DNA from: Psilocybe cubensis
Lineage: Eukaryota
Reading direction: 5' to 3'
Assembly: GCA_017499595.2 (NCBI GenBank)
Contig: CM039007.1
Coordinates: 744,001 to 808,000 of the forward strand
DNA: 64,000 nt
In this document: positions 26,666 to 39,935 of the stretch, one piece after another
Numbering within the stretch: the first letter of the stretch is position 1
How the letters are laid out: each line of letters begins with the position of its first letter
Program-made: the position numbers and the translations under genes
Notes under the pieces: model-generated
Seen by the model: the letters and a program-made list of their open reading frames with translations, nothing else
What the model was told of the DNA's origin: nothing
Database searches by the model: none

Positions 26666-27339
26666 TTTCAAAGTGTAGCTTTTCGTTTGTACGAGGTATT
26701 ACTTGGGTCGGCGAGAAGAAACGACGCAAAAATTGTGGTGGAAGTAGAATCTCCATCGTGAATTGTGTCGTTTGTCTGTACATGTGGAAAATGTCTGTTC
26801 TTGTTTTGTCGGGGCGGTGAATCGGCAGGCTGCGGCGCGGAGTTGTTTGTGTGTGTTATTAAGAAAAGATAGTTAGGGGCTATTGTGGTCACGACAAGGC
26901 GCAGCAAGGTGCATTGTGTCAATGGGATGGCCAGCTATCGATTGAAAAATATTATTCCGTAGAAAGAAGTGCCCCTCATCATCGATTCGTGTATACTTCA
27001 GTGGTAGTTTTTTAAAAACAATATTAACACAGGTTAGGGTTAAGCTTGCAAAAAGGGGCCATGACTGCTATTTCCATCTACGATCATCACCATTACATCG
27101 TTACCTCCAGCGTAGGACATCTCTTTCACCAATCATGCCAGACAACTAACCAGCGCGGATTATTAGACGGCACAATCAACCTTTGTAATGGCAGACAACA
27201 TCAAAGTATTCATGCCTTTGTTGTGGTTCCTTGTACTGGCGAAACCCGACTGGCTGGGCCTTTACCCCAAAAAAGAAGCCTCTATGCTTTGACTTCAACC
27301 ACGTCCATCGACAACCTACAACCAGCGTCTTTGCACAAC

Positions 27340-29255
27340 ATGGAATTTGGAGTCAAGCTCCCTCCCATGCTCGTCAGCATAGGGCAAGCCTGTTATCAAT
27401 GTTTCAAGGAGAAGTCCAAAGTTCCTCTTCAACGATGCTCTGGCTGTCTTCATGTCTATTATTGTGGCTCCGGTGAGTTTTCCTCCTCTTTGAAGACCTT
27501 CCTCGAAACTTATGCACTTCCGACGATAGAATGTCAAAGGGTACGATATACGCACCTTTCACGTCCTATAAAAGCCTCACGTCGCTTTCAAAGACCAATT
27601 GGCCCAAGCACAAAGCACTTTGCAAGGCATTCAAAGCTGTCGAAACGAAGGACGCCAACAACTTACTCGCACCATACATGTTCATTGATGATGACGATGA
27701 GACCTACGTAGCTACCGACATTGACCAGGTGAACAAGTGCATTGGTGCTGTCATCCAAACTGAAATGCGAGCATTGGAACGAGAGTTGTTGAGGTCTCTG
27801 CGCATGGAGGAGCGAAATCTTATCGGATGGGAACCTCATTGTCTCGCCTGGTAAGCTCTTCACTACTTGGAGCTTCCCATTTCTCATTTTTATCGTGACA
27901 AATCTCGTTTTTCTCTTTACGCAGTGGACGCTCAGACGCGATCTTTCGGATCGAGGCATCGCTTAGGAAGCGAAAACCGTTATCACCCGGATTGAAACCC
28001 TGCCCCGATTGTCTCTTCACATCGTACTGCTGCGAAGAACACTGGGACGCTGTGAAGGAGAAACATAAAAGAGAACCGTGCCGCGATGGCCGCGATAACT
28101 TGTCCCAGTGTGATATGAACAAGCTGTACCTCGAAGACATCCGATTTGCCATGGTGATGTCTGGTGCGAACGAAGGAACTTTCAAATGGGCACCGGAGCG
28201 TACGTTGCGGACATGGAAATCCCTTCGAGGCATTGGTTGGAGTGATTATTCCGACGACATCGAACAAGATTTCGGGGGACTTCCTGGTGTTAGCGCGTTG
28301 TTGCCAAATCTGGCTCGAGCGGCAACAGACGGTCTCTCGATGCCTATGACGATTCTGTGGGCCCTCGAAAATCTGAACAACGATGATTCGTGGACAAAAA
28401 AGGATACTCTCAATATACATGTTGGTTATAATCTCAATCTGTGGTCTTCATTTTTGCTCATCAACAAACCCCAGATCCTTGGACCTGCTGAAAAAGAAAT
28501 TCTAAATGCTAATGTTTTCGAAGAGATTCTTCATCGACTTCCTCTAGTAAAAAACCTGACGGTAACCCAATCTTTGTTTATGTTGTAACGAAAAAAGTAC
28601 TCATTTTCACTGTTCGAAAGCTGACTTTGGTCGGCCCAGAATTAGCTGGTATTACAGGCCAAAAACAAACCTCAAATGTGATGAAAACTTGCCCGTAATT
28701 TGTTTCTCTTGACATTTGAACCCGATCTAATGCCTATTTTGTTCAACTATAAGGGCGTGTACGAGGAGCGGGCGGAAAAGAACGTTTATTTATTACCCAA
28801 CGTCAGTACTCTCGTAGACTCTGATTGGTGTGATGAGTATTCAACGCGTTTGTATACAGAACATACCACCAATATGTGTCCGAAAGTGGAACCAATTTCG
28901 TAAATCCTGATCTCGCAGTCGCTTTCAACTCAGGCTGTTCACAAGAGTACACTGATCTGTGGAAAGAATCTTTAGTTGTCTTGATCAAACATCGCATCCC
29001 AGCAGTGTTTACGGTAAGCTATTCGCCCACTTTCTCCTCACTCTGCAGCTTCGTCTGATGGATGAAAATTATCAGGCCTTTAACCAGGAAGAAGCCGAAG
29101 CCGAAGCAAATATTTTCAGGGATGTGGGAGCGACTCTGCACCCACAACTGGGTCCTAGAGCTAACCCTTGGGGAAGTTGTCTTGCCATTCCAGAGCCCAA
29201 TAAGGTCACGGGCTTTTATGCAGTCAATGGCTGGCTCGCGGGAGGATTCCGATAA
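27340..29255 (+). CDS. MYND zinc-finger protein with MSS51-like C-terminal domain, paralog A
   Basis: CYQC...RCSGCLHVYYC...WPKHKALC; second finger CPDCLFTSYCCEEHW; LSMPMTILWALE, LNIH.LGP, PDLAVAFNSG, NPWGS, FYAVNGW. Confidence 0.8.
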
Positions 29256-29521
29256 AGCTATATCCATTGTCCAAAATTAACGCTTTAGGGACCTAGTTAG
29301 TCGCGTACGTTTCCATCTGTATCGTGAATATCAACCTAGATAAATTACCTGTCTATAGGTGACATGGTGATAAGTACGTCTGACACGATGTCCATGTATC
29401 GTTGGTTCTACTGTGATCTCGTTCTTGATGAACTATTATACATAAAATCGAGTCATATTCCAGAATGCAACCACCCGCTCGCATTGTCTTATTGCCACTC
29501 ATCAACCCCAACGTCTAGAAG

Positions 29522-31486
29522 ATGGATGTCTTCTTAGACATATCGAACCGACTTCCTGTTCTCCTGATGGCCATGAAAGGTCAGGCGTGCTGCAAATGTG
29601 GGAAGGAGAAGGTAGAGTTGGCAACTCCGCTCCAACGATGTGCAGGGTGTCTACGCATATATTATTGCAATTCAAGTATGTCTTGGTCTTTGGCATTTGA
29701 GAGCGACTGCTGACCGGCCTTCTAAGAGTGTCAAAAGGTTTAAATGCTTCATTCTTATATAATGTTCCCTAGAGATTAATGTTGTTTGGTTCTTCAAGGA
29801 TGATTGGCCGAAGCACAAAAAACTTTGTAGAGCCGTCAGCACCGTCGAAGCGAAGGATGGCTTGCAGTTTTGTACTCCTCTAGACAATTTCCCCTACAAA
29901 TCGCCCAAGACTCTCGCTGAAAATGCTGCCGATCTGAACTTGCTTCTGGACTCGATAGGTCAGCTAAAATTTGACGCTCTGAGGAGCGAGCTAGGAATAT
30001 CGTTCGATAATCCCATTAAACAGACGGTGGGATGGGAACCTCGATGCCTCACATGGTATTTATATTATGGTTATTCATTCTTACGCGTACTGATAATGCT
30101 TCCCTGGCTTGCGTCGAATTTGCAGTGGCCGCTCAGATATGTCGTTTCGGGTTGAAGCAAGGCAGGCAGGAAGAGAGCCTATGCTTGGATCCGTACTGAA
30201 ACCGTGCCCGCGATGCCGGCTCTCCTTCTACTGCTGCAAGAGCCACTGGAAAGCTGTAAAATCTAGACATCGGAAGGAACCCTCTACTGGCCCTTATTCT
30301 CTCCCTCAATGCGACGTCAATTTGCTCTCCGCTGCAGACATGCGAGTCGGCCAGCTTATACACGACATAAATTTGTTCAAAGGAGGATTCACCATGTGGA
30401 CGCCTTCCCGGCGGTTTCCTAGTTGGAGGTCCTTGCGAGGGCTTGACTGGGAGAACTTTCGCCCTGACGTTGAGCGGGAATTCGGCCATCTCGTACCTCC
30501 GTACTTGATGGATGCGGCATTGCGTTGTGTCACCGAAGGACTTGCTGCCCCAATGACGATTCTGTGGGCATTGGAACTGTTTAATGAAGATGATTCGTGG
30601 ACGAAGAAGGAAACACTGACCATTCATGTATGTCTGGGGGCTGGCTCGTCAATTGGTTGCACTGATCGCGTTATTTAGTTGATGGGAACAACCATTGATG
30701 AATTCGCTAGCACTAAAATTTTCTCGGAAATGTTGTCACGTCTTCCTTTAGTTAAGTATTTGACGGTAAATTGTCCCTATTCCGATATCTCTGCCAGTTT
30801 TGATGTCTCATACTCATTCAGATAGTGCTGTCCAGCCACCTTCTTGAGGATCACAGACCACCTGCTGTGCCACGCCTTGAACCATTTTCTCTCACTATAT
30901 CATGCCTCTCGTACGATTCATGCACTAATGCCATAAATATCCGGATGCTAATTCACAGCGTAAAGAGGACAAAAGATAGAATATGACTGTCATCCTATGT
31001 GAGCATCGTCTTTATGATTTGATCGTGCCAAATTAAGTATTAAAAATTAACGATAAGGAACTATTACGAATACATTGCTCGGCAAGGAGAAAAGTATGTC
31101 AAACCTGACCTCGCTGTTGCGTTTGATGCCGGATGTTCAGAACCCGAAAACATCGAATCGTGGAGAAAAACTATGGCGCAGCTCGTCAAACTGAAAATTC
31201 CATGCGTGTTCACTGTAATCCATATTTTTAGTGCGTACCATGGAGGAGTCAAGACTGATGGAAATTGTTTTTTTTTTTTCGTATTTTACAGGCGTTTTGT
31301 CCAGAAGATTCAATCAAGGAAGCCAACATGCTGATAGACGCCGGAGCAGTTCTTCACAAAGAATTGACACCCACAAAGAGGAATCCTTGGGGTAGTCAGA
31401 TGGCAACGATAGAAGCAATGAAAGTAACTGGATTTTATTCTAAGCGCGCGTGGTTGACAGGAAGTTTCTGTCAATCATTCCTCTAG
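29522..31486 (+). CDS. MYND zinc-finger protein with MSS51-like C-terminal domain, paralog B
   Basis: CCKC...RCAGCLRIYYC...WPKHKKLC; CPRCRLSFYCCKSHW; PMTILWALE, SWTKKETLTIH, PDLAVAFDAG, NPWGS. Exon layout is similar to paralog A. Confidence 0.78.
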
Positions 31487-31631
31487 TCCATTACAAGGTT
31501 GAAAACAAATTTCAATCAAATAGTATTATACACCGTGTCGATCCTGTTACTTCTCAGCGTTGAATTTGTGCCGACAGTCAGATGGAACTGAGGAACTCGA
31601 GACTCGCGAGAGCACCCATTACCATATCGCC

Positions 31632-33848
31632 CTACTCGGCCGATATTCCATTAACATGGACAAAGGGAGTCTCGCTCGAATTGCCCAATATACCCAGCCT
31701 TTGCAATGATCCTTGTAGCTTCGCTGCTTCCTTGATATCCTTCTTGTCTTTCATCTTAATCTTTCTTTCCTCTGCTCGAGCTGTTCTCTCCTCTTTCTCT
31801 TTTCTTTCTTCTTCGACCCATGTCTTGAGCTCAGCCACAGCTATCTCAGGCTCCTTCTTGCAAGATAAAAGATACCCTTGAAGCTCAGCAAGCGAGAATT
31901 CGTGTTCGGGAAAGTGAAGGGAGAATTCGGATGCGAGAGTTTTGAGTCTTGTTTCTTGGTCTGAAACTTGGATGATCACGGAAGTTGGCGATTTTTCGGT
32001 CTTGTCAGAATCTGTGGACGTTATACTTGAATCTGAAGCCTCAGATGCGGTGAGAGTATAGGAAGGAGGGTAGAAACGCAGGAAAAGAGCTTCCGCTTGT
32101 TCCTTCGTCGACAGCTTGTATTGGATTTTGCGATCAATACGCCCAGGGCGTAGAAGTGCGGGATCCAGTCTCTCTATGTAGTTTGTTGTGGCAAAGAACA
32201 GTTTTCCTTCCTCGCTTCCAACACCGTCAAGAACATTGAGCAACCCAGATAAAGTAACACCTGATTTTGTTGTTCTACTAACTCCCATCCCTGGAAAGGC
32301 AGGTAGTTCCTCTTCTTCTTCGTCTTCTCGGGATGTGAAGGCACAGTCGATATCTTCAATCAAGAGTATAGCAGTGTTTGGAATAGACGACACAGCTCGT
32401 TGAAGGAAGGAATCGTCGACACTGAAAATATTATAATTAGCCAAAGTGACGTTAAAAAGCAAAGGTGTACAGATTAGTCACTGACTGTCCAGATGCGAGT
32501 GAAAGAGAGTATATCTCAAGCCCAAGTTCTCCTGCCTGTTGGAAAATGTAATGAGATATTGGAACCTACTGCGCTGGTTGAAGAGTAGGTCACTCACAAG
32601 TGCGTAGATAGTAGATGCTATGAGTTGTATTTGTTGGTCAGGCATCGAATACATCCTTATCGAAACGAAACAAATTACGAACTTTTTCCTGTTCCTGGAG
32701 GGCCATGGAGCAAGTATCCCCTTCGATGAGGAATGGCGGCTGTTGAGTACCAGTCCACCATACTTAAAAATTCTTTGGCATCGTCAACTAACGACTGGAC
32801 AATTCCGTTTGGAAGAATAATGCTGCTAATTGGTCGGCGAGCCTTGTTTTTTATGCTTAACCACGGATTTCCCATTATTTGACCGTGGAGGTAGGGACTG
32901 TTCTGTATTTTGATGTTACTTTGATTCATTGCGAGCCAAATCTCTAACTTGAGAAAACTTACCTGCTCTATTGTATGAACAATTACATGTGGCTGGCTCA
33001 CTTCCTGATATAATTCCCTGGCGTCATCAACGAATGACGATAAGGCTGACATGCTACGTGTGTAAATTCTAATCGACCGGTTCATCTACATATCAGAAAT
33101 TGCCAAAGGATAGAAATACTGATGCCTCACGTAAGAAAAAGTTTTCTCGATCCCGGAGCATGATCGCCTGGAGCGGAGTACACAGGACCTCCTCGATATT
33201 CGTGGAGAGTCCGTCTCGTTTCAGTCCAGTAACTATTCCATCGAAACAGTTGTGCCATATCGTATGTAGGAACATACTCTGCAGAGGTAAAGCTGCTACT
33301 CTGATGATGATTTGCATTACCATTCTGGCCCATACTAATTCCCCATCTCCGCCTACTGGATCTTGCGGTAACGTGAAATCGCCGAGATCTCTTCCATATC
33401 TTCTTTTCAGTCTATAAAATAGGATGAGTGACTGTGATATTCCCCCATACTCGATTCATCTCCATCTTACCAAAAAGAGGATTATCCAGTCGTACACTGG
33501 ATCCCCTTCATCGAACTGCGCCGTTATAGAGTATTCTGATGCGAAAATGAGCAAAGGAATTAGTCCCACGATACAGTATTGAACAGATAGTATCGATTGA
33601 GGGTACTCACGGAAAAAATCGAACCTTTCATAGACCCAACGAAAGAACCTTCGTCCTGTTTCTACCAAAGATCCGAGGAGGAACAGTTTTATGCTGTTAA
33701 ATGCGAGAGAATTGGCCTGAAATAAGGGTGCAAGAAAGGAGAGCCCCAAAAAATCTGCCACCCAATTCAGAAGTGACAACCAAGGGTTATCGTTTCCGGT
33801 TACGTAGGGGGTAGTAACCGGGGTTCCAGGAACAGATGGCCAACTCAT
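31632..33848 (-). CDS. BCS1-like AAA+ ATPase, paralog B
   Basis: KLFLLGSLVETGRR, YSITAQFDEGDPVYDWI, RPISSIIL, IPHRRGYLLHGPPGTGKS, LIEDIDC, TLSGLLNVLDGVGSEEG, ATTNYIERLDPALLRPGRID, FSLAELQGYLL. Confidence 0.88.
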
Positions 33849-34474
33849 GCAAAGGATATCGATAAACACGTAGGTAATAAGTTGTAGTCGTATTGGTAGG
33901 CGCCAGAGAGCACTGATAGTGTAGTGGAAATAAAAGACGGTAAGCGTGGTTGAGGTGTTTTATAGATATTGTCAAATGTGACTCATTGATGCCATGAGAC
34001 ATGGTTTGCTGAGGTACGCACATAGCATTACCGGGTACATAACAGATTCTTGGTCGAGTCGGCCATTGGAAACTGCATACGTGTTCTAAATATAGAGAAA
34101 GTGGTTATGGTTGACTCACTGTGAACGCATAGCTTTACGATAATTCGCAGTACATCACACGTTGAGTTGTCGGATCCGAAGCTTTATATGATAATAATGA
34201 CATTTACGGAACATGCCAACTTTGCAAATAATAGACCTGAGCCAAGAACACAAAAGTGTTAGAGAGGAATTAGTACATCTATCAAATGCTGATCGGTGAA
34301 ATATAAACCTGACAAGTTTGTACAGAACAAAATAGAAAAGGGAGTCCATTTGTAGTAATGTAGACATTTTTGCTGCAGGATACATGTAACATTAGGGTGA
34401 ATAAAACCCTCAGAATCGGTACGTTTACTTTCGGTAGTTCTTCAAGATATGGTTACTGGGGGTTACGAGTGACT

Positions 34475-36840
34475 CTACAGCAAAGTCGAGCCGTTAGGGT
34501 CAACCACCTGAGATACTTTCGAAGTGGAAGCTTCAGCATGGTATTGATCCATAGCAGCTCCATTTGCATCAGGTTTATCATCAACTTTAGCACGATGTTG
34601 AGGGGTAACCGTTGAATTGAGGTAAGGCAGAGCTTCAAATTTTGGTTCTTGACCTCCAACAGAAACGCCGAGTCTCGCTAACCCGCCTCGCAAACGCTTG
34701 GTCTCATGGGCCTCCTTTTTTTCCTCCTTCTTTTCCTTCTCCTCGGCTTCTCTTTTTAAACGCTCCAACTTGTCCTTTTTCTCTCGTTCCACCCATGCAC
34801 CGACTTCATCTGCTGCACGAAGGGGATCATTTTTGCAGGACAGAAGAAAACCCTGCAACTCGGCTGTGGAAAATTCATGCTGGGGAACAAAAGATGCAAA
34901 ACGTTCTGCAAGTGCAGGTATGTCCAATGGCTTCGCAAAGTCAGGAAGAGATTTCTTTTCGATATCTAATCCTGCATCCACGGTAAGCTCGTCATCTGGG
35001 TAGAAGCGTACAAACAATGCAGCAGCTTGTTCCTGTGTTGCAAGCTGATATGGAATTTTCACGTCGATTCGTCCAGGACGTAAAAGAGCTTGATCCAGTC
35101 GTTCAACGTAGTTTGTCTATAAGCCGACAATTAGCATGGGATTTCTGTCAGACTTGATGTGCATAACATACCGTTGCAAAAAATAGTTTCCCTTCCTCAC
35201 TTCCAACACCATCGAGAACGTTAAGGAGCCCCGAGAGAGTCACGGCGGATCCGGGTCTTGCCATGTTCATAGCGCGTCTATTCATCCCCATCATGTTCAT
35301 TCCCATCATCATACCACGCATCGACGATTCCTCATTCTCCTGATCTTCGCGAGAAGGAAATGCGCAATCGATATCTTCAATAAGGATTATGGCTTGTTTT
35401 GGTATTGATGATACCAATCGTGCCAGCATTGCATCATCAAGCCTATCCACATCGATGAGGACAAGATAGGAGATAATGGAGAAAAAAGTCGAAGAAACTT
35501 ACATGTTTGACGAAAGCGCAAGAGAATATATCTCGAGACCCAATTCTCCAGCCTGTAAAACTATTGTTAGACACTCACAAAACGCATCAACGACATTCCT
35601 ACTGACGACCGCGTATATTGTTGATGCTAGAGATAGATCGAGGCTCGAATCAATGAATGCTGACCATCAGCAATGGTGGAGAAACCTTACTTTTTCCTGT
35701 TCCTGGGGGACCATATAGAAGATATCCTCTTCGATGAGGAATACCTGCCTTTATGTACCAAGCCTCCGATTTGATAAATTCCCGAGCGTCCTTAACAAGG
35801 GAACTTATAACACCTTCCTGCAGGATGATTGAACTGAGTGGTCTACGGTTCTTGCGTTTCGCGTTGCGCCATGCGCCGCCTCGATGATTAGATAGCATTG
35901 CCTTCGCGTCAAAGCGTAAGTACAACGTTAATGACATGAAGTTTGGAGAAAGTTGACCCTACCTGGTCAGCGCTATGCACAATGACATGTGGTCTACTAG
36001 TGGCCATATATTTCTTTCGCGCATCATCGACCAATGCAGACAACGCGCTCATATCGCGAGTATATAGCCTAAAGTTGCATATGAAGCGATTTCGGTTGCA
36101 ATGTTGGCAATAGAATACGTACGTCAATGACAGCTTTCCCAAAGACCCACTTCCATCCATGATAAAAGCATTATAATTTGCTTGATTTTTTTGTGATCCA
36201 CTCCTCCTGATTTCGGCCCAGTATCCCCTCCATCGAAACAGCTGTGGTTCGTCATATGTTGGGACGTACTCTGCGTGTTCATCGACGTGCCCACCCGGCT
36301 TGGGGTTAGACGCCAAGTTGACCGTCCATTGTCGAAGAGAAGATGCGGCATTGACTTGAAACTGTCTCGAGCGTGTCCACACTTTTTCCTCAGTCTACAT
36401 TGAAGAAGGATGAGAATACGCGACGATGTTCGAGACAAGTATGATGCAACGCACCAGAAACAATATGATCCAGTCGTAGGCAGGGTCACCTTCGGAAAAA
36501 TGTGCGGTAATTGAGTATTCTGTACAGTATATGAGGTATCAGTGAAGGAGCTATGTCAATGACGACATATTTTGAGACGCCACTCACGGAACGGTTTGAA
36601 TCTTTCCATTGCCCATGAGAAAAACCTCCGACCACTTTCAATGATGGTTCCCAATAAGAACAATTTCATACTATTTCCAAAATACGAGTTTGATCCTCCT
36701 GCAGCATTTCCGATCGATTCCAGCTTTGTGCCCATCCCTTGAAGGAGCGATGCTATGAATGAAAAGCCAAAAATGCGAGTTAAACCCTGACCAGGGCCAA
36801 ACCATGACTGTCCAGAGGTGTCGGCAACGTCGAAGGACAT
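34475..36840 (-). CDS. BCS1-like AAA+ ATPase, paralog A
   Basis: KLFLLGTIIESGRR, YVPTYDEPQLFRWRG, RRPLSSIILQEG, GIPHRRGYLLYGPPGTGKS, LIEDIDC, TLSGLLNVLDGVGSEEG, FSTAELQGFLL. Confidence 0.88.
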
Positions 36841-38616
36841 GAGTAGACAGTATCTTTCAGAGAGGTAGGAGGGGGGCGTGAAGTTTTGGTTTCTTCTTCC
36901 TTAACAATTTTGAATTGTAAGGATGGGTAGAAGTCTCCTTGCAGAATCCAGTTTGATAAGAGCGCAGCAGTGGGAAAGCTGACGCATCCGATGATGACTC
37001 ACTTCAACTATTTCTCATGATAATCGATCAGGATCATGCGAAGTGAGATACATTGAAAATGAAGTAGTGCTTCAACACACCTATGGGCCGACAGTATCGA
37101 ATCCAACCCCAACGAGTGTTACACACGCTCCTGCTTGCCAGATTTGTTTTCCAGTCGATGTGAAATAGCAGACTACAAGGTTTGTGTTCCCGCAGATCAA
37201 TTTTTGACTGCGTTGAAGAATACAGAGTAAGGTGACGCAAAGTGGTGTACACAGCGTATATAGGGCGGCACATCGTCATTCATGTCTATATCTGGGTCAA
37301 AGCTGCGGGTATGAATCCATGATGGCTTCCTTAGTTATCGGGATTCGGGGCATACAGAAGCGCGTAAATGGCCAATGGCGCATACAGAGGCCCACTGCGA
37401 AGTTGTATCCTTCCACGTAGCAAGCAAATAGTCGATGATGCTGCTGAGTCAAGCCGAGCTGTTGTCGGGATGACATATGACGTAAACACTGTTACGTAAC
37501 CCAACCTAGTTGGCTCCTGACGTAGAGAAAGGGGCCTGTACGCTGAGAAATTAGAAAGGTATGAGTTCTCGGACACACTGGCGAACTACATAGCCTGACG
37601 AACGATGTGTGTGCTTGGGGAGAAGTAGAAAAGGTAGATTCATGGAAAAGTATGCAACTTTAAGTTTTATGTATTGAAAAATTAGCAAATAAACAACTTC
37701 GTGAGTTGGGAGTGAGCCAAGATAAACGCTAGCGTAGACATCACTGGAATACTTGTTGGATTTACTCCAGCTAACCACTCGTAGTCTCGCCACTCAGCGA
37801 AACCTTTATATACCGTCATGTCCCAGAATAGTTTAAGTTATTCACATTGACAGCAGGACTTTCCGGCGCAGTTCTCGAGAAATGGTCACCGAACAAGTTG
37901 GTAGGCGGAGTGTCTGTTTCCCTACAAATGTTCCGGTGTGTGGAATGCAATGAGGTATAAAGTTAGAAGTCAGAAACTGAGAGAACACATGAGAGTAGCG
38001 TTAATTTTAAAAGACTCTACTAAAAGAAGAATCAGACATACTGTAATTATTCCATCTACGTCCATTTGTTCGCTCGACAAAAATAAACAATGTGAGAACC
38101 TGTGAAGATGCACCCTTTGATAGGTGTCTTCCACCTCTATTTTTGAGATAGCCATCTATACATCCAGTTATATGTCATACCTGTCATTGCTGCTTCAACC
38201 CCTGACATCGATCATATGCGCAGCAAGGGGTAATTTTTTGCCCGGCGCTCATTGCAACAGCGACCAAGTGCTTTAACGCTCACCCAAGAGTAAGAGAGAA
38301 ACTTAATCTGTGTGTGTGTTTGTTGTAATTCATTATGTATACGCGAGTCTTATGCATTTGTTCTGATTTACTCTGAGAGTCAAAATCTAGACTAGATCAT
38401 TGAGTCATGATTTTACCCAAGGTAAAACGACATTTTTATACATAGCTCTCTAAAAATGCGAAGATGGGAAGATGTCGCATTATCGACACCAGTATGCTCG
38501 GCTGATTGATTGACGTCGTCAGAGTAGCAGCCTCGGCTGATGGTATGTTGTTTCTGTTGTTATATGTAGCTTTGAGAGAAGAGAAGGAGGTTGCTCAACT
38601 AGATAAAAGTTACTGA

Positions 38617-39935
38617 CACGTTGGGATATTCAGAATATGAAGTTCCCACGAAGTGGGTAATCGAACGTTACAAAATATTTGAAATATAATAAGGTTTTAA
38701 ATGATGCAACACGCTTTAAATACAAAAGAAATACATATGTTAACTAAGATTGTAGTTACATGGCAACATCCAAATCTTTAAAGAATGTTGTGATAAATTT
38801 TATACATAAAGTACATTTCAAGAATGACTTGTATATTAAATCTGAATCATCCTCTTTGAGACCAAGATATTTTATATCAAAGTTGTCCTTGAAAGGAACT
38901 TTGTATTTTAAATCCATTGTAACTTTTGAATGCCTCGTGAATGTCGAAAAAAATTTAAAGTACAAAGGTCCTTTGTGGGCGCGCTTAGACATAGCATGTT
39001 TTGCACCATCTGTTGTTCATAGACATTTGAAATACAATACTCCCTTACATGCTGCCACATATATTGAGTTTGTTACTACTTACAAAGGTCCTTTATATTT
39101 TAAATATACAGGAACCTAATATCAGTACTTTGTATGTTATAACATATCTCAAATATGTTGTTCCAATATATTCTGCGCCCGCTCATTGCCCATTGAGTGC
39201 CCAACAGTCGCCCACTATAACAGCCACTGCGTGCCCACCTAGATCTCTTTTGCGGGCATTGAACATGCTTGTAGAATTGATGCCTGCAAAATGGTGTTCA
39301 ATGCCAGATGTAGGTGGGCACGCAGTGGCTGTTATAGTGGGCGACTGTTGGGCACTCAATGGGCAATGAGCGGGCGCAGAATATATTGGAACAACATATT
39401 TGAGATATGTTATAACATACAAAGTACTGATATTAGGTTCCTGTATATTTAAAATATAAAGGACCTTTGTAAGTAGTAACAAACTCAATATATGTGGCAG
39501 CATGTAAGGGAGTATTGTATTTCAAATGTCTATGAACAACAGATGGTGCAAAACATGCTATGTCTAAGCGAGCCCACAAAGGACCTTTGTACTTTAAATT
39601 TTTTTCGACATTCAGGAGGCATTCAAAAGTTACAATGGATTTAAAATACAAAGTTCCTTTCAAGGACAACTTTGATATAAAATATCTTGGTCTCAAAGAG
39701 GATGATTCAGATTTAATATACAAGTCATTCTTGAAATGTACTTTATGTATAAAATTTATCACAACATTCTTTAAAGATTTGGATGTTGCCATGTAACTAC
39801 AATCTTAGTTAACATATGTATTTCTTTTTTATTTAAAGCGTGTTGCATCATTTAAAACCTTATTATATTTCAAATATTTTGTAACGTTCGATTACCCACT
39901 TCGTGGGAACTTCATATTCTGAATATCCCGACGTG
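38617..39935. mobile_element. Foldback-type non-autonomous element (1319 bp): ~630-bp inverted arms, 59-bp spacer, CACG...CGTG ends, 3-bp TSD TGA
   Basis: 38617-39246 is the reverse complement of 39306-39935, with about five mismatches seen by eye. TGA flanks both ends (38614-16, 39936-38). Mirror-image ORFs appear in the ORF track. Confidence 0.9.

Noticed and set aside
38756-39796. Mirror-image ORF pairs (MATSKSLKNV..., MLPHILSLLL..., MSKRAHKGP...)
   Set aside because: By-products of the palindrome: AT-rich, with no domain motifs or splice structure.
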